Shown here: positions 13,119-19,791 of the stretch, in pieces
Position numbering within the stretch: the stretch's first letter is position 1
Layout: each line of letters starts with the position of its first letter
DNA from: a virus
Virus record (IMG/VR): IMGVR_UViG_3300002061_000002
Coordinates: 1-32,187 of that record
Reading direction: 5' to 3' (one strand)
DNA: 32,187 bases
Notes under the pieces: model-generated
What the model saw: only the letters and a program-made list of their open reading frames with translations
What the model was told of the DNA's origin: nothing
The model's database searches: none
Made by a program: the position numbers and the translations under genes

Positions 13119-13227
13119 GATATGCCCTCACTTTCTGTAAATAGAGTCGCCAAGCCTGGCGTACTGGTTTCATTGTGTAGCGCTTTTTCTTGCGCCGCCT
13201 AAGTTGTGATTTTGTGAGACGGTGCAT
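13051..13227 (-). CDS. Possible very basic small protein (58 aa). It overlaps the start of 12900..13118 by 68 nt in another frame.
   Basis: AAAGGAGG sits 5 nt upstream of the ATG at 13227. This is one of only two Shine-Dalgarno-like sequences I noticed in the genome, and the better spaced of the two. Translation gives MHRLTKSQLRRRKKKRYTMKPVRQAWRLY... The long overlap makes the true extent uncertain. Confidence 0.35.
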
Positions 13228-13257
13228 GTCGCCTCCTTTCAAGGTACTCCCACTACA

Positions 13258-13275
13258 ATAATATCACACGGTCAA
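13258..13275 (-). promoter_or_regulatory. Early promoter variant with extended -10 TGATATTAT at 13258..13266
   Basis: The minus strand has GACCGTGTGATATTATTGTAG. It shares TGTGATA with the other early sites and lies upstream of the SD-led ORF at 13227. Confidence 0.45.
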
Positions 13276-13277
13276 TG

Positions 13278-13709
13278 TTACTTGATTGTGGATATAAACG
13301 TCTTTAGGTTGCTGTATAGCTTCTCCTGCTCCTCTGGTGTTAGTTTTGGTTTCATGTAGTCGTAGTACTGGCGTGCAAACGCTTTGTAGTCTCCACGACT
13401 GTAGTACTTGTTTGCTGGCTGTATGTCGGCTACCTGCTCGGTGTCTACCTCCATACCTTTTACTGTGACTACGTACACTGTGTGTTTTCGTCCGTCGATT
13501 TTCTTGTCTCCGTTTTCAGTAAGCATACCTAGGTCGCGTAGTTCCCCTAGTCGTGGGTGTATTACGTTGCTCGGCTGCCCGGTAGCGTTCATTACATCCT
13601 TAGCTGTACCCTCTGCTAGGTGCTGCATTACTTTTAGTACCTGTACCTGTCGTTTACGTAGGTTTGGCTTTACTTCGTCGTTCCAGGCCTCTAGGCTGTT
13701 TTTGTGCAT
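13278..13709 (-). CDS. Winged-helix (MarR-like) DNA-binding protein, 143 aa from the ATG at 13709. It is a candidate transcription regulator.
   Basis: RKRQVQVLKVMQHLAEGTAKDVMNATGQPSNVIHPRLGELRDLGMLTENG has a wHTH pattern. The start was chosen at the TAG-T-ATG junction rather than the ORF-track start at 13769. Confidence 0.55.
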   Translation of the reverse strand: MHKNSLEAWNDEVKPNLRKRQVQVLKVMQHLAEGTAKDVMNATGQPSNVIHPRLGELRDLGMLTENGDKKIDGRKHTVYVVTVKGMEVDTEQVADIQPANKYYSRGDYKAFARQYYDYMKPKLTPEEQEKLYSNLKTFISTIK

Positions 13710-13710
13710 A

Positions 13711-14073
13711 CTATTTTTGATTATTCTCTGTGGTAAGAGCGTGTAATGTAAGCAGCTCATCAACTGCATTACAGTGTCCTTGTGTTGTACCGTCCATTTT
13801 TTTCTGGGCTTTCTTGATAGTTTTGCTTATTTTCCTCTGTAACTCCTCCACCGCCTGTTGTTTTTCTGCTTCACACAGCTTTCTGTGCCACTCCCACATT
13901 GTCGTTTCTAGTTCCTCAACATCACGCAAAACCATATCTTGATAAAAGATGTAACCTTTGTCATATCCAGTGCCAGCCGTTTCAGATAGTTTTAGTGGTA
14001 TGTGCTGCACTACTTGGTGAAGTAAGTGCAAAAACTCCTCTTTCTCCTCTACTCGTTTTGATGGTTGTGTCAT
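13711..14073 (-). CDS. Hypothetical protein (120 aa)
   Basis: ORF track. Confidence 0.6.
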   Translation of the reverse strand: MTQPSKRVEEKEEFLHLLHQVVQHIPLKLSETAGTGYDKGYIFYQDMVLRDVEELETTMWEWHRKLCEAEKQQAVEELQRKISKTIKKAQKKMDGTTQGHCNAVDELLTLHALTTENNQK

Positions 14074-14252
14074 ACATTTATAGCATTAGCCGTCATGACC
14101 ACGGTGCCGGTCAACCTATCGTTTACCCGGGCTTTGTGGCCGCTAGTAATAATCTTTTTTACGCCGGTAAGTACTGTCTTTTCATTATCTGTTTCACTTA
14201 CTGACTCCCACAATCCGTCGTACTTTTGTATCTGGTATCGTTTAGTCGACAT
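14070..14252 (-). CDS. Hypothetical protein (60 aa)
   Basis: ORF track. Confidence 0.5.
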   Translation of the reverse strand: MSTKRYQIQKYDGLWESVSETDNEKTVLTGVKKIITSGHKARVNDRLTGTVVMTANAINV

Positions 14253-14403
14253 ACCTACTTACAATTAGTTGACTGTCACTCTGTGGCTGGTAATAGTTTT
14301 TGGCGATACGTCGCGCGTGTCGCTCGCTCCAGGCGTAGATAATCACTCGTGCTGGGTATTTAGCCACGCCGTATACGAACGCTAGATACGGTTTTTTTAG
14401 CAT
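14242..14403 (-). CDS. Possible small protein (53 aa), not in the ORF track
   Basis: Manual translation gives MLKKPYLAFVYGVAKYPARVIIYAWSERHARRIAKNYYQPQSDSQLIVSRYVD*. It fills an otherwise empty gap. Confidence 0.35.
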   Translation of the reverse strand: MLKKPYLAFVYGVAKYPARVIIYAWSERHARRIAKNYYQPQSDSQLIVSRYVD

Positions 14404-14518
14404 GTTTTACTTTTAGTTTTTTAATCTCTCCTTGGTTGCCTCGGTATAGGTGGCTAGTCTCGCACCGGTTATAAAGTCCGGCCATGAGATTGTTAGTTTC
14501 GTCGATTCTAATTCCCAT
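14360..14518 (-). CDS. Possible small protein (52 aa), which competes with 14242..14403 through a 44-nt overlap
   Basis: Manual translation gives MGIRIDETNNLMAGLYNRCETSHLYRGNQGEIKKLKVKHAKKTVSSVRIRRG*. Confidence 0.25.
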   Translation of the reverse strand: MGIRIDETNNLMAGLYNRCETSHLYRGNQGEIKKLKVKHAKKTVSSVRIRRG

Positions 14519-14825
14519 ACTGTTCTGCTAGTTCTTCGTAATCAACAAACGGGCTATCGTCTAGTAAGGTTTGTAGCTCTCCGTTTACTTCTCGCATTGC
14601 TTCTTGGCGATACTTTTCTAAATCCATTTCTTTACGCTCCTCTCTAATTTCGTGGGCGCGTTCCTCTAGTTGTTCTGGTAGTGTCGGGCAGATTTGTGGT
14701 GTCTCGTTGTAATAAGTTTCTGCGGCAGCCGCGTCAACCATTTTCACTGTGTTGTATGTCATTAGTCCTGCTACTCCTGTGGCTGCTAGCGCCCATAGTA
14801 GTAGGTATTTGTTAATGTTTTTCAT
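14508..14825 (-). CDS. Membrane-anchored or secreted small protein (105 aa)
   Basis: The N-terminus, MKNINKYLLLWALAATGVAGLM, looks like a signal or anchor sequence. Confidence 0.6.
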   Translation of the reverse strand: MKNINKYLLLWALAATGVAGLMTYNTVKMVDAAAAETYYNETPQICPTLPEQLEERAHEIREERKEMDLEKYRQEAMREVNGELQTLLDDSPFVDYEELAEQYGN

Positions 14826-14836
14826 GTTATGTGGGG

Positions 14837-15052
14837 TTAGTTATATTGTTCGATGTAATTGTTTTCCACTTCTCCCGTACCTCCACAATCCGGGCAAGTT
14901 TCTACGTCAACGGGTGCTCGTAGGTGTGGTTCGCTTGGGTCTACTGTCCCTAGCGTGTATAGCTCGCCTACGCCGTCGCATGTTAGGCACTTACGCATGT
15001 TGCATAAGTTTATGTAGCTGTCGCTGCATGTTGATAAAGGTTGGTACACCAT
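14837..15052 (-). CDS. DnaJ-type zinc-finger mini-protein with two CxxCxGxG motifs. An alternative start is the ATG at 14998.
   Basis: CLTCDGVG and CPDCGGTG match the DnaJ cysteine-rich repeat. It is among the first genes after the early promoter. Confidence 0.6.
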   Translation of the reverse strand: MVYQPLSTCSDSYINLCNMRKCLTCDGVGELYTLGTVDPSEPHLRAPVDVETCPDCGGTGEVENNYIEQYN

Positions 15053-15122
15053 TACGGTGTGTGCGGTCTACTATTTTTACGCGCTGTAGACTGCTTGGGC
15101 GCATGTCGTGATATTTTTTCAT
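14991..15122 (-). CDS. Possible leader ORF (43 aa), not in the ORF track
   Basis: Manual translation gives MKKYHDMRPSSLQRVKIVDRTHRNGVPTFINMQRQLHKLMQHA*. Its stop overlaps the ATG at 14998 of the zinc-finger ORF (ATGCGTAA). Confidence 0.25.
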   Translation of the reverse strand: MKKYHDMRPSSLQRVKIVDRTHRNGVPTFINMQRQLHKLMQHA

Positions 15123-15153
15123 AAGCGTACTTGTTACTGTTACTTACTCCGTA

Positions 15154-15179
15154 ATTGTATCACATACAAAACTTGTCTA
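15154..15179 (-). promoter_or_regulatory. Leftmost early promoter, with extended -10 TGATACAAT at 15154..15162 inside the palindrome TTGTAT-CAC-ATACAA (15157..15171)
   Basis: The minus strand has TAGACAAGTTTTGTATGTGATACAATTAC. It lies just downstream of the late terminator and upstream of the first early ORFs. Confidence 0.55.
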
Positions 15180-15204
15180 CCACACTTTTCACAAAACTGG
15201 GGAT

Positions 15205-15236
15205 AAACAAAAAACACCCTTTTGGGCGTTTTTTGC
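15205..15236. terminator. Bidirectional intrinsic terminator ending the late/lysis operon
   Basis: AAAAAACACCC TTTT GGGCGTTTTTT. A GC stem is flanked by an A-tract and a T-tract, so a U-tract follows on either strand. It lies 16 nt after the holin stop. Confidence 0.8.
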
Positions 15237-15251
15237 GATTTGAAATTGAGC

Positions 15252-15524
15252 CTATTTACCGAGGCTGCCTAGAATATCGTGTACGTAGTTGCTGCCTCGT
15301 CCGATGATAATACCACTGATGATGTAGTTTGCTAGCGGCCATGCTGTTGCTAGTCCGGCCATGCTAGGTATGTCTACCTGGTAAGCTACTGCCGTAAATA
15401 CACCAATGACGAGTGCAACGTATTTTAGCGCTACTCGTGGTAGCCCGTCGCTTTCGCCTGCAATGTAGTTAATAAGTCCCTCTACAAACGTAGCTAGGAA
15501 AATGATACCAATGATTGTCTCCAT
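15252..15524 (-). CDS. Holin-like membrane protein (90 aa)
   Basis: Hydrophobic helices (IIGIIFLATFVEGLINYI, VALVIGVFTAVAY, LANYIISGIIIG) with a charged C-terminus. It is adjacent to the lysin gene. Confidence 0.6.
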   Translation of the reverse strand: METIIGIIFLATFVEGLINYIAGESDGLPRVALKYVALVIGVFTAVAYQVDIPSMAGLATAWPLANYIISGIIIGRGSNYVHDILGSLGK

Positions 15525-15550
15525 GTTACTTATGATTTTTATACTACTAA

Positions 15551-15584
15551 GGTGGGGGCACGTTACCGACTACGCACCCCCGCC
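15551..15584 (-). other. GC-rich hairpin between the lysin and holin genes
   Basis: GGTGGGGG pairs with CCCCCGCC (8 bp including one G-U pair) around an 18-nt loop. There is no U-tract. Confidence 0.4.
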
Positions 15585-15592
15585 TCAAAAGT

Positions 15593-16702
15593 TTAAAACT
15601 CTTTGAGGGGGTCACGGGTGTACTCTTTCCATTTTGCACCAAAGTCTGTCGGTAAGCTGGTGCGTGGTGTTGGGTCTTTAGCCCATACCTCTATGTGTGA
15701 GTGAATACCCAGTATCAGTCCTGTATCTCCTACTACTCCGATAACCTGGCCTGCGTCGTACTTTCCTCGCTCTCCTATGTCGTCTAGGTGAATGGCTACG
15801 AGCCACCGGTTGCTACGATACTTGTATACCACATAGTAACCAAGGGTGTTAGTGTATCCAGTTTCTACTAATTCTCCGGTTGCTGGTGCGTAAATCTCTG
15901 TACCCATAGGGCTAGCGTGGTCTACGCCGATATGGTGTCCAGTAGTTGGATACAGGCTCGGGTTGTAGTTAGCGTAGTCCTGGGTGACTGACTTACCCCA
16001 GTCCTTTAATGGCTTTACGAGCTTGCTCTGTTTTGCGAGTAGTAGCTGGTAATACTTTAATACTAGTTGCAGTACTTCTAGTAGTAGGTCTTTCTTGTAT
16101 TCCTTTTCTAGGCTTGGTAGCTGCTCCCATGGCATGGCGTTCCAGTAATCAAACGGGCGTGGTTTGCGTACCCAACGTCGGTGTTTTCCTGTCTTGTCTT
16201 TTTTGCTGTTAGCGTAGCCGTAAAAGTAGAAGTGGGTGTTATCGTGCCCTAGGTTAAATATCTCGTCTAGGCCATGTACTAACTCATGCCACTCTCGTAG
16301 GGTGGACTCGGTAAAGTTCTCCTGTATCAAGTCTTCGTACTTGTCTAATATCTCATAGTCTACGGTTCCTGGGCGCCCGTAAGTAATAATCTGCCCGTCT
16401 ACGTTACGGCTCTGCCCGTACAGTGAATCTCGTAGCCCTAGTTCGTGCCATTCATCCTCTGTTAAAGTGAGGTAAATAGTATGGTACCCCGGCTCTGATA
16501 CGTACTCTTTTAAGCTACGTTCTGCTATATCATGGTCGCTTTCCAGTTCTAGGTTACCTAGCACGTCTGGTAATGTGCGATAATCGTTTTTAATCTCTAG
16601 TACTCCTGGTATCTCTAGTAGTCTGGTAGCTCGCTCTCGCTCTGCTTTTTGCGCTGGTGTAAACGCTATTGTACTTACATATAGTCGGCGTAATGTTTTC
16701 AT
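15593..16702 (-). CDS. Two-domain peptidoglycan hydrolase: an N-terminal HExxH-containing domain plus a C-terminal M23 (LytM) peptidase (369 aa)
   Basis: The M23 motifs are HHIGVDH, GDTG and HSHIEVW. An HELVH (HExxH) motif lies mid-protein. Confidence 0.8.
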   Translation of the reverse strand: MKTLRRLYVSTIAFTPAQKAERERATRLLEIPGVLEIKNDYRTLPDVLGNLELESDHDIAERSLKEYVSEPGYHTIYLTLTEDEWHELGLRDSLYGQSRNVDGQIITYGRPGTVDYEILDKYEDLIQENFTESTLREWHELVHGLDEIFNLGHDNTHFYFYGYANSKKDKTGKHRRWVRKPRPFDYWNAMPWEQLPSLEKEYKKDLLLEVLQLVLKYYQLLLAKQSKLVKPLKDWGKSVTQDYANYNPSLYPTTGHHIGVDHASPMGTEIYAPATGELVETGYTNTLGYYVVYKYRSNRWLVAIHLDDIGERGKYDAGQVIGVVGDTGLILGIHSHIEVWAKDPTPRTSLPTDFGAKWKEYTRDPLKEF

Positions 16703-16736
16703 ATTTTTGTAATTATTTCTTTATAAATATTTTATG

Positions 16737-17240
16737 TTATTGGCAGTTCGGGGGGGCACTGTCAACCCGAAAAAAATTGCTTTCTGTGGTAAACACTATC
16801 GTATTAAACGGTATTGTTATTATTACTTTTTCTTTTACTTGGTACTCACCTGGTGGGATAACCGCGTTATATGTCATGTTTACCGATGCAATGTCGTCCT
16901 CTTCCCATTGATAAACTGCCTCCCACCCTCTAGAGTCAATTTCTATCCCGTTTTTGTCTACAACTTCTCCTATACCTCTTGCCTCTAAGGATCGGTTACG
17001 ACTGTACCAGTCTGGTAAAAACGGGTATATTTCTCGCTCTATTTCTGATTTTAAGACATAGTGTCCTGCATCATCTAGACAAACCTCTTTTACAAATACC
17101 CCACGATGGTCAATAAACCATACGGTAGGCATAATGTTATTAAATGCAAACGCAAAACCCTCTAGCAAAAGTAGGCCAGAAATACCTAACAATACTAGGT
17201 TTAGAATGTAACTTTTAAGTGTGGGGTGTTCTCCGTACAT
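16737..17240 (-). CDS. N-terminally membrane-anchored protein (167 aa)
   Basis: Transmembrane helix ILNLVLLGISGLLLLEGFAFAF followed by a soluble domain. Confidence 0.6.
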   Translation of the reverse strand: MYGEHPTLKSYILNLVLLGISGLLLLEGFAFAFNNIMPTVWFIDHRGVFVKEVCLDDAGHYVLKSEIEREIYPFLPDWYSRNRSLEARGIGEVVDKNGIEIDSRGWEAVYQWEEDDIASVNMTYNAVIPPGEYQVKEKVIITIPFNTIVFTTESNFFRVDSAPPNCQ

Positions 17241-17241
17241 A

Positions 17242-17610
17242 CTATTTTTTTGCTGTTGTAGTTACCCGTACTGATTGTAGTACTTTTACTAGGTTAATAC
17301 CTAACAGGTCACCAACGGCAGCACTACCGATAGCGTCAAAAAATATATTAAGGCTTCCGGTACCTGTAGATATTAGGTAGGCATGGGCTACTAGCCACGT
17401 AGTTCCTACTACAACCGACACTGCTTTTTGAGCAATAAATACTGGGTCTTTTTCTCGGTATGCTACCGCTGTGTATACTCCCATGACAAAACCAACGGTC
17501 AAACCGACTATAAGTGCTAGCCCTATTTGTATTGACAGTTCTCCGAACATAAGATATATACTAAGATATGTTACAGCTATTACTGCTACTGGTAGGCTTA
17601 TACGTTGCAT
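17242..17610 (-). CDS. Multi-pass membrane protein (122 aa, about 4 transmembrane helices)
   Basis: Four hydrophobic segments. It lies in the lysis-proximal block. Confidence 0.6.
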   Translation of the reverse strand: MQRISLPVAVIAVTYLSIYLMFGELSIQIGLALIVGLTVGFVMGVYTAVAYREKDPVFIAQKAVSVVVGTTWLVAHAYLISTGTGSLNIFFDAIGSAAVGDLLGINLVKVLQSVRVTTTAKK

Positions 17611-17672
17611 ACGTGGTTATTGTTACCATGTTTGTGATTGTGTCGGCTTTTATCATGTCGGTACGTGAGTAT

Positions 17673-19790
17673 TTATTGGGCTAGTAGTTGCTCGATGTAC
17701 TTACGCAATACCGCCGCCTTTTCCGGGGCGCTTTGCTCTACTGCGTCCAGCGCTGCATTACCTAGTGTCCCCGTAGGGCTGTCGGCAAAGTTACGTAGTC
17801 CCCTAAATTTACTTAGGGTTTCGCTATTAGCTTGTGCGACCTGTCCCGCTAGACTGTTACGTCGTGACGGGTAGATTTGATTTACAATAGTGCTAAAGTA
17901 CGCCTGATTAGTTAGTGTTTCCTCTCCAGCTTCTATACCTAGCTTGGCTAGGCCATCGTCTAAGCTGGTTACTAGGTCGAGGGCGTTTTCTGGTGCATTG
18001 CCATATAGCTGTCGCAAGCGGGTAGCGACACGCTGCTCTAGTACTTCGTCTGCTACTTGGCCTCGGGTAAACTTCTTACCTAGGATACTGTCGATACGGT
18101 CGAGTGATGTGCGTGCGTTAGCAAACCGTGTGTTTGCCTCGTTATACGCTTTAAACGTATCGTCAAGTTGTGTATCCATGAGTCGTCGCAAGGTTTTTAC
18201 CTTGCTACTAGCCGACCCGCTAAGTCCACCATCGTTATTGCCAAAGTCCACTAACTCGTCGAGCTGTGCTTTAAAGTTGTGTACCTTGCCTGCTTGTGAG
18301 TTACCCTGTAACTGCGTTGCTTTACGGTGTGCTTTTTTGAGTATGGTCTGAGCGCTAGATACGTCTTCGTATCGGCTACCTTTAAAGAGTAGGGTGCCGT
18401 CGTCTGCTACTCGTACACCATCATCGGATAGGCTTAAGAGCCAGTCGTCGTAGACTGACTGGGTATTGAGCTTTTTACCCGCTAGTTGTTCACGTACTAC
18501 CTTGCTGATGTTTGCTCCAGCTTCTCGCTCGGCTGCTCGTAGTCGTTTAATCTGGTTAGTGGCGGTCTTTCCTACTACCATTTCTGGTCGTTTCTGTGCG
18601 GCTGCTTGTGGGTTGTTTGCTACCTCGTCTGCAATGTCGAGCATTTTAACGTAAGCCTTTTTGTCTGCGGTGGTACCACTTTTAATCATTGCTACGTCTC
18701 CTGCGTCTACTCCTGTGGCTCGTACTAGACGTTTTGCGTCCACGTCACTAACCACACGACCTTTATTGTCGTATTTGAATAATGCAGTCTCGGCGTTAGG
18801 TGTACCTGCTCGTTGTACTACTGTATCTACTTCGTCTCCTACCTCCTCGGCGGCTTCGGTAGCTGCTTTTTTGATACGTTCTACAAACGGTGCGTTACTA
18901 TCTGCGAATTTACTCTCTATTTCTGCTCTAAAGTTAGCCCGGCCTTGCCTAAATCCAGTAATGCTACCGAGCACTCCACCTGCTACACCACCAGTTACCC
19001 CACCTAGTGCGGCACCTCCGGCCGCTTGTCCTACAACACTTCCTAAAGTTGCGTCTTCTTCTCCTATTCCTTGTGCTGTACCTTGTATAGCACCAAAGAT
19101 AGCACCACCTTTGGCACCAATTTTAGCGCCTTGTAGTGCTCCCTGGGCTGCACCTGCAATACCGCTAGTAGCTCGCGTAAGCTGCGGCACAACGGTGTTT
19201 GTAGTGAGGCCTGGTAGCTGGTTGCGTAATCCGGCTGCTACGTTGCCTTTTGCAAGCTGCCCGGCGCCTGCGGTTGCTCCTCCGTAGCTACCAAAACTAG
19301 CAATAGTACCAACGGTACCTATAGCGCTTTTAACTACGTCACGGTTTGATACGCCTAGGTCGGCCATATCTGTCATATCTGCATTATAGATACGATTAGA
19401 TTCTTGACTCTGTGCTAAGGCACGTTCTAGGCGAGTTGTATCCCTGCCCTCTGCGCGGTTCTTTTTGATAGCTTCAATTAGTTGTCGTTCTGTTTCCTGG
19501 TTACGCCGGTTATCTTCCTCTCGTAGACGTTCGTTCCGTGGGGCGTTAATGGCGGCTGCAATACCTTTTCCTAACCCCTCTGTCATAGTCATTTTACCCA
19601 GCCCAAAAACCACCTTTTCAATAAGGCTACGCTCCTCTGGGTCTGCGTTAGGGTCTTGCCTGTTTTGTTCGGCATATCCCTCTAGTTGGTGTCCCTGTTG
19701 TCGTAGGGCAGCCACAACGCCCGCTGGTGTAGTACCCGCTGGTGCGTTTTGTATGATCTGCTCCACCTCTTTTCGTTGTAGATATGCCAT
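17673..19790 (-). CDS. Large virion protein with a Gly/Ala-rich central zipper, tape-measure-like or internal/ejection protein (705 aa)
   Basis: It carries GGATAGAGQLAKG...GAKIGAKGGAIFGAIQGTAQG...GGAALGGVTGGVAGGVLGSITG. Its size and position fit the tail/ejection block. Confidence 0.5.
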   Translation of the reverse strand: MAYLQRKEVEQIIQNAPAGTTPAGVVAALRQQGHQLEGYAEQNRQDPNADPEERSLIEKVVFGLGKMTMTEGLGKGIAAAINAPRNERLREEDNRRNQETERQLIEAIKKNRAEGRDTTRLERALAQSQESNRIYNADMTDMADLGVSNRDVVKSAIGTVGTIASFGSYGGATAGAGQLAKGNVAAGLRNQLPGLTTNTVVPQLTRATSGIAGAAQGALQGAKIGAKGGAIFGAIQGTAQGIGEEDATLGSVVGQAAGGAALGGVTGGVAGGVLGSITGFRQGRANFRAEIESKFADSNAPFVERIKKAATEAAEEVGDEVDTVVQRAGTPNAETALFKYDNKGRVVSDVDAKRLVRATGVDAGDVAMIKSGTTADKKAYVKMLDIADEVANNPQAAAQKRPEMVVGKTATNQIKRLRAAEREAGANISKVVREQLAGKKLNTQSVYDDWLLSLSDDGVRVADDGTLLFKGSRYEDVSSAQTILKKAHRKATQLQGNSQAGKVHNFKAQLDELVDFGNNDGGLSGSASSKVKTLRRLMDTQLDDTFKAYNEANTRFANARTSLDRIDSILGKKFTRGQVADEVLEQRVATRLRQLYGNAPENALDLVTSLDDGLAKLGIEAGEETLTNQAYFSTIVNQIYPSRRNSLAGQVAQANSETLSKFRGLRNFADSPTGTLGNAALDAVEQSAPEKAAVLRKYIEQLLAQ

Positions 19791-19791
19791 A

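Noticed and set aside
13267-13275. TTGACC as the -35 box for the 13258 promoter, and TAGACA as the -35 box for the 15154 promoter
   Set aside because: The spacing to the -10 hexamers is only 6 nt and 14 nt respectively. These sites are better treated as extended -10 promoters without a canonical -35.
13710-13769. N-terminal extensions given by the ORF track for 13278..13769, 10907..11170 and 25119..25898
   Set aside because: The extensions begin at non-ATG codons or overlap the upstream gene or a strong hairpin. Internal ATGs at stop-N-start junctions give tidy operon packing.
17611-17672. A small ORF (MIKADTITNMVTITTYATYKPTSSSNSCNIS*) and a repeated GTCGG in the gap before the 4-TM gene
   Set aside because: The ORF runs out of frame into the next gene, has low-complexity composition and has no start signal. 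The repeat is only 5 nt.
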